From a virus: a DNA stretch of 64,000 bases. This document shows, piece after piece, positions 57,210-64,000 of this stretch. Below the pieces are notes generated by a model that was given only the letters and a program-made list of their open reading frames with translations, ran no database searches and had not been told where the DNA came from. Location of the stretch: IMG/VR virus record IMGVR_UViG_3300019762_000007, positions 24,713-88,712 of that record; one strand, given 5' to 3'. Within the stretch, counting starts at the first letter, position 1. The number at the start of each line of letters is the position of its first letter. The position numbers and the translations under genes were made by a program.

Positions 57210-57991
57210 TGGAGATATTAAAGAAAATTAATATAACAGATAATAGTTACTTAGGTCTAGTTGACCTAAGTTCCTATGGTACAGATTATAAGAGATTAGT
57301 TACAGACTGTGCTGCTGTTACTAGAGGTAAAGAACATTGTCAGAATGTAGAATCTAGATACAAAGCTTTAGCTTCTGAACATAATGGTATTTCTGGTAGA
57401 CCTTTTGAATACGTACCTATAAAGATTAAGAAGTCAGTTCTATTTGATTTCTTTGGAGGCATGGCTTATGTTCCAGAAACATTCTTTAGGTTTGCACATT
57501 CTTCAGAAGGTGGAGTATACTTTAAAACTAATCTTAGAAACTTCTTGCAAACTATGCAAGTCAACCCTAGAAAAGTTTATTATGATTTAGCAGACTTCTT
57601 AACTACTGATAGTGACTTTAAAATCATTAGAGGTAGGATACCATTTAAAGCTTATTATCAATTAGCTACTCATACTCAGGTAAGTAGTATGTGTGAGACT
57701 AGTAGAATAGTATCTGCTAAAGGATTAGAATTTGATTGTAGTGATACAGTAAGTCAGAATGCTGCTGATTCTATTCTACAATTATTGATTTCCCTAAAGG
57801 ATAGTGGAATGTCTCAGGATGATTTGAGTAACTTCTATCCTAGGAATCTAATGGTAGATTGTGTATTTGCAGGATGGTCTTCTGATACTTTGGGGTATAA
57901 ACAAATGGTAGAGGTTAGGCTAAATACTAAGCACACACAAGCAGAAGCTAAGAAAGTTACCTCTGCAATTAAAACTTTATGCAATTTATGA
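57209..57991 (+). CDS. Divergent ThyX-like flavin-dependent thymidylate synthase
   Basis: RPFE, QLATHTQVSSMCETSR (RHRx7S-like), R..KHTQAE; ATG 57209 coupled to the upstream stop. Confidence 0.55.
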   Translation: MEILKKINITDNSYLGLVDLSSYGTDYKRLVTDCAAVTRGKEHCQNVESRYKALASEHNGISGRPFEYVPIKIKKSVLFDFFGGMAYVPETFFRFAHSSEGGVYFKTNLRNFLQTMQVNPRKVYYDLADFLTTDSDFKIIRGRIPFKAYYQLATHTQVSSMCETSRIVSAKGLEFDCSDTVSQNAADSILQLLISLKDSGMSQDDLSNFYPRNLMVDCVFAGWSSDTLGYKQMVEVRLNTKHTQAEAKKVTSAIKTLCNL

Positions 57992-59037
57992 TTAAAGGAT
58001 TTAAGCCAATGCTAATTCCTAATTCTAAAGAGGACGATGGTAATAGCCTTCGTTCTCTTAAAGAATTAGGAGTAGATCCTAGAGACTATTATTTCTTTTT
58101 AAAGAAAGATGGTTGTAGGGTAGAACTTATTGATGGCGATGTATTAGGAAGAAGTTTGAAACAAGTTCCTAGTAATTATTACAATGATAAGTATAAAGAT
58201 TTAGCTCAATATCTTAGACAACATGGTGTAGTTTTAGAAGGAGAACTATTCTCTCCAAATATGTCCTTTAGGGAAATATGTAGATTTTATAAAACTACTA
58301 ATGTTATTTATAACCGAAAGGACTTAGAGAAGTCTAAGACATTTGATAAAGATTGGAATGGTAGAACAATAGACTGGATGTCTACTTACCATGATGATTT
58401 GAAACTTTATGTGTTTGATTGTTATGTACAATCTAGACCAGAATTGTCAATATGGGAGAGATTAGATTATCTTAAAATACTTTTAACTAATTCAGGATTT
58501 AATGGTATACTAGAGTTTCCTCAAAAGTTAGAACTTCTTGGTTTACAAGATAAAACTTATGACGAGATCTATGATATTATGGAGGAGACTTTTGAAGAAG
58601 TTCTTTCTAAAGGATATGAAGGTATTGTACTAGTTAATAAAACTAAACCTTATAGATTTGGTAGAGCTACTCTTAAAGAGAAGTGTATCTATAAAATCAA
58701 AGAAGATGCTCTAGAATATGACGGTCAGATTATTAATGTAACTGAAGGTACCCGTGCTAAAGAAGGTGCTCCAAAAAGTACTAACGAGTTAGGTAGAAGT
58801 GTTACATCTAAACTACAAGAAGATAGAGAACCTTCTGGTATTGCTTCTGGATTTGATGTAATGTATAATGGATATAGAAACAATGTATCTTTACAAGGTT
58901 TCAACCATAATGAATTAAGGCAAATACTTATTGATAAAGATAAGTATATTGGTACTTGGATTAAGTATAAAGGCATGAAGCCGACAAAAAATGTACCTAG
59001 ACATTCTAGGTTTTTAGAATTTAGAGATGATAAGTAA
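57979..59037 (+). CDS. lig: ATP-dependent DNA ligase
   Basis: KKDGCR, EGELF, VFD, EGIVL, KIK, PRH..F..FR.DK. Confidence 0.88.
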   Translation: MQFMIKGFKPMLIPNSKEDDGNSLRSLKELGVDPRDYYFFLKKDGCRVELIDGDVLGRSLKQVPSNYYNDKYKDLAQYLRQHGVVLEGELFSPNMSFREICRFYKTTNVIYNRKDLEKSKTFDKDWNGRTIDWMSTYHDDLKLYVFDCYVQSRPELSIWERLDYLKILLTNSGFNGILEFPQKLELLGLQDKTYDEIYDIMEETFEEVLSKGYEGIVLVNKTKPYRFGRATLKEKCIYKIKEDALEYDGQIINVTEGTRAKEGAPKSTNELGRSVTSKLQEDREPSGIASGFDVMYNGYRNNVSLQGFNHNELRQILIDKDKYIGTWIKYKGMKPTKNVPRHSRFLEFRDDK

Positions 59038-59074
59038 TTTTTAATATTTATAGTTAAATTGACACTAACTATTA

Positions 59075-59111
59075 AGCCCCTTCTGCTCACGCAGTTGGGG
59101 CTATTTTTTTT
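59075..59111 (+). terminator. Terminator at the convergent junction
   Basis: AGCCCC..CTGC-TCAC-GCAG..GGGGCT followed by a long T run. Confidence 0.75.
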
Positions 59112-59607
59112 ACTTGTCTAACTTTAATTGAGGTGTCCAGTTTATATAAACTGTTTTACCTTTTGTTTTATCATAGTAAGCTCTTAATATTTGCTTCCGA
59201 TTACCGCTTCTTTTATAAGAGAAGTGTACCCAAGCAGGATCATTATCATTTCCATGCTCATATATAAGTTGGTCAAAGTTTAGTGATGTTCTAATAAAAT
59301 CAAACAATTGTTTATTAGTAACTTTACCATACATGTCCGCATCAATGTCTAATGCCTGTCCTAAACTATGTTGACTTGTAGTACTGCCTCCTACCTTCTC
59401 ATTTACTTCACTACTTCTGTAACCTGATGATATAAATATAGGCACTCCAAAATGAGTTCTTATTATATCAAATACTGAACAAGTCAATTTTAAGTTCTCT
59501 AAATGAGTATAAGTAGGCTCATTATCTATACCATACTTTTGGGCTTGTTTACTTTTTAATACTTCTACTTTAGAAGCATATATACTTAACATTTTATTTT
59601 CCATCAT
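59110..59607 (-). CDS. Peptidase M15 family endolysin
   Basis: ISSGYR, SQH..GQALD, WVHFSY. Confidence 0.85.
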   Translation of the reverse strand: MMENKMLSIYASKVEVLKSKQAQKYGIDNEPTYTHLENLKLTCSVFDIIRTHFGVPIFISSGYRSSEVNEKVGGSTTSQHSLGQALDIDADMYGKVTNKQLFDFIRTSLNFDQLIYEHGNDNDPAWVHFSYKRSGNRKQILRAYYDKTKGKTVYINWTPQLKLDK

Positions 59608-61294
59608 ATATAAATAACCAGTTATATCTCTTTGCTGTATTTGTTGGACTCACTTGCATATTTTCTAATACCCATATCTTTTCAGCAGTACTCCAAGAAG
59701 TAGCTAATGTAGTTAAGTTTCCTTCATCTAAATCATGAGAAAATCCAGATGGTTGTTGAAATACACCATTAGTTACAGTTTCATTAGCTGATGTAGAGTA
59801 ATCCACTTCTTTAATATAAGTGGTTTTCAGTAGATTTCTATTTTCAAACAGCGTATTTATACTATCTGTTACATTTTGTACAGATAAAGAAGTGTTTTTA
59901 AAACTATACCATCTCCATTTAGCTTGTACATAGTTTATCACGGCTCCAAAATTTCCTCTAACAGCAAGACCATTTATTGTAAAAGTACCTCCAAGATTTT
60001 TATCGATGAGTGCTGCTACAGTGCACGAACTTAGTGTACTCATGTCTTCTATATTACCAGTTAAATAATCACTTTCAATCTCTAACCAAGTTAGTTTAGG
60101 TGTATTAAACATGTAGTTGTGATCACTCCATTTACCAGTTACATTGGGTACCTTAAATATATGCCTCTCATATAAAGGAGCGTAAGGTTTAGCTATAAGT
60201 TCTGTTAGGCTTCCTGTTATTCCACTAGAGTTTAAAGCAAATTGTCTAAACCTATAAGGATTTCCTACAGTAAATGGGACATCCCCAAATATTGCAATAT
60301 CACCTACTATATTATCATTTTTATAAAACATATAAAAACTTCTAAGCCTTACTACACCATTGTCCCTTAGTATAGATAGCTCAAATGCCTCTTTTTCTCC
60401 TGGAACATACCACTCAAATAAAGGATATTGTATAGTATTGTCCCATGATCCTGTAATACCAGACTCATTAATTTGTAGCCTTACTAATGATAGATTACTG
60501 TTACTAGTTATAGTTCTTATGTCTCCTACTAATTCTGGATTTTGTTGTGCAGTAAACAATGCTACATTAGTTGATAGTATAGAGTTTGTTATATCAGCTT
60601 TTATATTACAAGCTCCCAGTGTTACGTCAGTGAGCGAACTACTTGATAATGCCTTGTTTACATATTGTTTATACTCTGTCCCATTATTTATATATACCTG
60701 ATTTATATAACCAGATAAATAAAGTTCTGTTAAATTTACTTGAGAGTTTATACCAGATATAAGATTTTTACTCTCGTCTAATAATGTTTTTCTTAGATAA
60801 ATGCTCTTCAATTGTGCAAAATCACCAAAGTTTATGGTGTTGTGTGTAGTAGCACTTGAATTATAAACGTAAATTGATTCTAATGCTGACATATTACTAA
60901 TAGTAGCATTCCAGTAAAAACTTATAGGTAAATACTCCCCTCCTATTCTCTTTATATTAGACAAATCCCCTTTTATATTTATAGTATATACCCCATTTGT
61001 ATATCCTACAGTTATTGGGGTACTTGATGTAACCTCTTCATAATTTGTACCATTTCCAAAATCAATATATACTTTTTTTAAATGGTCGTTATAATCATGA
61101 AGCTCTATAATTATTTTATTAGTTTGTGAGAGTGTCCTATTTATAGTGAATAATGGTAACCATTCTTCTACTACATATATAGAACTATTTCTTTTTATAG
61201 CTTTTATCCCTTTTATACTAGAATCTTCTTTTAATAGAGTAGCAGAGTTTATAACTCCGCTACTTTTAATCTTTATATCTTTAATAGGTATCAT
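59594..61294 (-). CDS. Leucine-rich-repeat-like tail/receptor-binding protein
   Basis: Repeated ITG/LVG-D-I solenoid motifs, located in the tail region. Confidence 0.5.
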   Translation of the reverse strand: MIPIKDIKIKSSGVINSATLLKEDSSIKGIKAIKRNSSIYVVEEWLPLFTINRTLSQTNKIIIELHDYNDHLKKVYIDFGNGTNYEEVTSSTPITVGYTNGVYTINIKGDLSNIKRIGGEYLPISFYWNATISNMSALESIYVYNSSATTHNTINFGDFAQLKSIYLRKTLLDESKNLISGINSQVNLTELYLSGYINQVYINNGTEYKQYVNKALSSSSLTDVTLGACNIKADITNSILSTNVALFTAQQNPELVGDIRTITSNSNLSLVRLQINESGITGSWDNTIQYPLFEWYVPGEKEAFELSILRDNGVVRLRSFYMFYKNDNIVGDIAIFGDVPFTVGNPYRFRQFALNSSGITGSLTELIAKPYAPLYERHIFKVPNVTGKWSDHNYMFNTPKLTWLEIESDYLTGNIEDMSTLSSCTVAALIDKNLGGTFTINGLAVRGNFGAVINYVQAKWRWYSFKNTSLSVQNVTDSINTLFENRNLLKTTYIKEVDYSTSANETVTNGVFQQPSGFSHDLDEGNLTTLATSWSTAEKIWVLENMQVSPTNTAKRYNWLFIYDGK

Positions 61295-64000
61295 ACTTCT
61301 GGTGTTTGTAATGCATCTATTTGTGCTTGTAAATTACTTATCAGTGCATCTACTTCTACTTTAGTGTATGTAGTAGCTTTTTCTGCCCTGTCATCTATAA
61401 GTGCATTAATTTCTATTTTTGTATATTCTATTCCTGGTGCAGAGTAAAATATAGTACCATCCTCTTTTGTAAGAGCTGTAGCCTCATCTACCCACTCATC
61501 TAGTAATACTGAAGGAGCAGTATCTTTCCATTTAGGAAGACCAGTTTCTAAAGTTAATACCTGTCCGTCTGTGCCTAAAGTAGGGGCTGTGATTTTTGAG
61601 TCAACTTTATTGTCAATTTCTACTTTAGTATACGTATCAGGTATTAAGTTATCAATCTCTGTTTTATTATAATAATCTTCTAATGTAGTAGAAAGAGACG
61701 ACTCAGTGACTGGTATTTTAGCAATTTCTTCTATAGGCTTAAATACATAGTTATATGTATCTATCTCTGATTGATTGGTCACTTCAGTTATACTAGAGGT
61801 TACATCAAATATTGTAGCAGAATCTAATAAACTGAAAGATGTTGCATCTGCCGTAAGTTTTACCATTACCTTATCAGAAGCTGCGCCTACTATTCTTAGA
61901 CGGATTTCCTCTATATAAATTAAGTCGATACTGCTGTTACTTAATATTGTTATTTTAGGTGAAGATCCTCCTACCACAGAACATCTTACACCACCTCCAT
62001 CAGAAATACCACTGCACCACATAGTAAACTCTCCTGAAGATATATTTTTCTGATTTGTAAAGACAAAATATCTACTTACTGCTGAAGGAGTAAGACTATA
62101 ACTCTTTGTAATGTCTTTTAATCTATATTTACTAGAAAGTGCAATATTTCCTTCATATAAATCCTTAGCTGAAAAATCCTCTAAAATATTACCATTTACA
62201 CTAGCTTTACCTTCTAATAGTGTAGTAATCTCCGCTTTAGTATTATACAAATCATCATGATTGTGAGCATCTGCTGGCATTGAAGCTAACTCTACACCTT
62301 TTTCTAGTTTTCCTATAGCTATACTTATACTATCATCAATGCTTATAGCTTCTTTAGCTAGAGCTTTACCATAAGTTACGCCCATAGTTAGATCGTCAGC
62401 AGTATCAGGTATATCAGGTTTATTTAATAACTCTGCATCCCCAGAAGTAGCGTCCCAATCTGTCTTTACATTCTTTTGGGCATCTGCTGGAGCGTGAGCA
62501 CTCTGACTATGAGAGTAAGCGTCATATATTTTACTAAGTTCGTCTGCTGATATATGAATTTTTCCAGCTCCCTGAAGAGCCATAGAATCGTGGTCCAGGG
62601 TAGAGGATACATTATAAGATACTTGAGCTACATTATCAATTTGTTTATATGTACCATCACCGCTTGTAATAAGTCTACCTAAATAAACATGCTGAGATGA
62701 AATATATTGTGGTACAGAAGGTCTATCAAGATGCTCTCTAGCTAATGCTAAAGAGTCAAATTGAAACTCATCTACTAAAACTGTAGCATAGTTCCTGTCA
62801 GTACCTACATATCTATATACCCAAGCTACCATATACTTATCAACACCTCCAGATTGTAATGTACCAGTAGCAACATCTGAATATTTACCTATAGGGATAG
62901 TAGCTGAATGCGCTGTATACAACCAGGACCTATCTGTATTATAGTAATGGATATCGAATAAAACAGTGTTAGGATCAGCAGAAGAATCAAATTGATTCAT
63001 GTCAGTAGTTATAACACCTTTCCATACTGTACCACCATTTATAAATAAATTATCAGAGCCTCCTATAGATGCCTCAAGACCGTTTTCAATTTCATGTCTA
63101 TTTATTCTTACATCTTTGTTGTGAAGCTTATTAGGAAGGCCTTCAGAGATTCCTATCCACTCTGTAACATATAATCTAGTCTCTGCTCTAAGAAGTGAAA
63201 TAACTGGTAGTATATTGGACTCTTTAATGTCAGCTTTATTAGTATCAACAAAATATTCAGCACCTATAGCTGTCTTACGTATCTTAACATAGTACATTAC
63301 AAGCTCTTGTGGGAATGATACGTTTTCCACTCCTGCCACATTAAGCTTAAGTATCTTACCATAATGACTTGCATTATCATAAATAGAGACTAATACAGGC
63401 AATAAATTTATAGTCCCGTCTCCATTGTCAGTGTACGTTACTGTAGACCTAGATAGACCAGCATTTTGATAAACTTCTTCTTTTACATGAACATTAGGAA
63501 CTTCCAAAGACTCATCTAATGGCGCATAGCCTCCAGCAGCTCCTTTATTAACTATTTGTTCAAAAGAAGAACTGTCCATCCCATCTAATAAATCACTATC
63601 AGGAGCCTTACCACCAGTAGCAGCATCACCAGTCAATCCTTTAGGACCTCTCCACATATAACCTTCTGACCAATCCCCAGAAGTAGATGATAGTTTCTTA
63701 TACATTAATCCTGAGTTATCATCTAAGAATAAGAAGTCCTTAGCAGAGTCGTCATACAAATCTTTATCGACATAAGTTCCAGAAGCATCAGGGAATCCTA
63801 CTTTACCTACTTCTCCGTCATTACCAGCTATGCCATCAATTCCTTGAGCACCTCTAACATTAATAGCAGACGATGCAAACAATGTATAACCTAAAGGACC
63901 TACATATAATGCTTGTTCTATATTGTAAGGCTTACTTCCACTTCCTCCTACCCAATCTACTACTTTAAGAACTGACTTGTAATTGTCAATAAACTCTATA
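61291..64000 (-). CDS. Tail fibre protein, 5' end beyond the window
   Basis: Frame stays open from 63882 to the window edge (VVDWVGGSGSKP); GxY triplets and YTKxEID repeats. Confidence 0.7.
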   Translation of the reverse strand, partial: IEFIDNYKSVLKVVDWVGGSGSKPYNIEQALYVGPLGYTLFASSAINVRGAQGIDGIAGNDGEVGKVGFPDASGTYVDKDLYDDSAKDFLFLDDNSGLMYKKLSSTSGDWSEGYMWRGPKGLTGDAATGGKAPDSDLLDGMDSSSFEQIVNKGAAGGYAPLDESLEVPNVHVKEEVYQNAGLSRSTVTYTDNGDGTINLLPVLVSIYDNASHYGKILKLNVAGVENVSFPQELVMYYVKIRKTAIGAEYFVDTNKADIKESNILPVISLLRAETRLYVTEWIGISEGLPNKLHNKDVRINRHEIENGLEASIGGSDNLFINGGTVWKGVITTDMNQFDSSADPNTVLFDIHYYNTDRSWLYTAHSATIPIGKYSDVATGTLQSGGVDKYMVAWVYRYVGTDRNYATVLVDEFQFDSLALAREHLDRPSVPQYISSQHVYLGRLITSGDGTYKQIDNVAQVSYNVSSTLDHDSMALQGAGKIHISADELSKIYDAYSHSQSAHAPADAQKNVKTDWDATSGDAELLNKPDIPDTADDLTMGVTYGKALAKEAISIDDSISIAIGKLEKGVELASMPADAHNHDDLYNTKAEITTLLEGKASVNGNILEDFSAKDLYEGNIALSSKYRLKDITKSYSLTPSAVSRYFVFTNQKNISSGEFTMWCSGISDGGGVRCSVVGGSSPKITILSNSSIDLIYIEEIRLRIVGAASDKVMVKLTADATSFSLLDSATIFDVTSSITEVTNQSEIDTYNYVFKPIEEIAKIPVTESSLSTTLEDYYNKTEIDNLIPDTYTKVEIDNKVDSKITAPTLGTDGQVLTLETGLPKWKDTAPSVLLDEWVDEATALTKEDGTIFYSAPGIEYTKIEINALIDDRAEKATTYTKVEVDALISNLQAQIDALQTPEV

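Noticed and set aside
27612-59090. Short minus-strand or nested ORFs within RNAP and replication genes
   Set aside because: Antisense or out-of-frame shadows with no leaders or motifs.
1-64000. Stop-codon reassignment (TAG or TGA), known in some crAss-like phages
   Set aside because: Long genes are intact in the standard code; the breaks in polA and rIIB are explained by introns; no suppressor tRNA was seen.
59594-64000. Diversity-generating retroelement acting on tail genes
   Set aside because: No reverse transcriptase or template/variable repeat pair is visible in the window.

Overview
A 64-kb, AT-rich segment of a crAss-like (Crassvirales-type) phage genome. The host is probably Bacteroidota, given the TAnnTTTG promoters and AT-rich leaders without Shine-Dalgarno sequences; the standard genetic code fits all long ORFs. 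Layout: (i) 1-11.6 kb, minus-strand head module (major capsid, scaffold-like, portal, intein-containing TerL, IHF/HU-like). (ii) 11.8-26.6 kb, plus-strand accessory region of small ORFs interleaved with many structured RNAs. (iii) 26.7-33.7 kb, a ~2360-aa two-barrel RNA polymerase (DFDYD motif). (iv) 34-59 kb, replication and nucleotide metabolism: PolA split by a group I intron, helicases, Sak4-like ATPase, SSB, primase, dUTPase, rIIA/rIIB with a second group I intron in rIIB, resolvase, 5'-3' exonuclease, intein-containing class II RNR, divergent ThyX-like protein, ligase. (v) 59-64 kb, minus-strand endolysin and tail genes. The most striking observation is eight tRNA-like RNAs, none canonical. 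All keep the T arm and most keep an acceptor stem and D arm, but the anticodon arm is shortened, expanded to an 8-nt loop, replaced by 56-119 nt of cargo, or opened by circular permutation. They lie next to other multi-hairpin RNAs, an acyl-carrier-protein mimic lacking the phosphopantetheine serine, and a PRTase-fold protein. All product calls come from motif recognition by eye; no searches were run.
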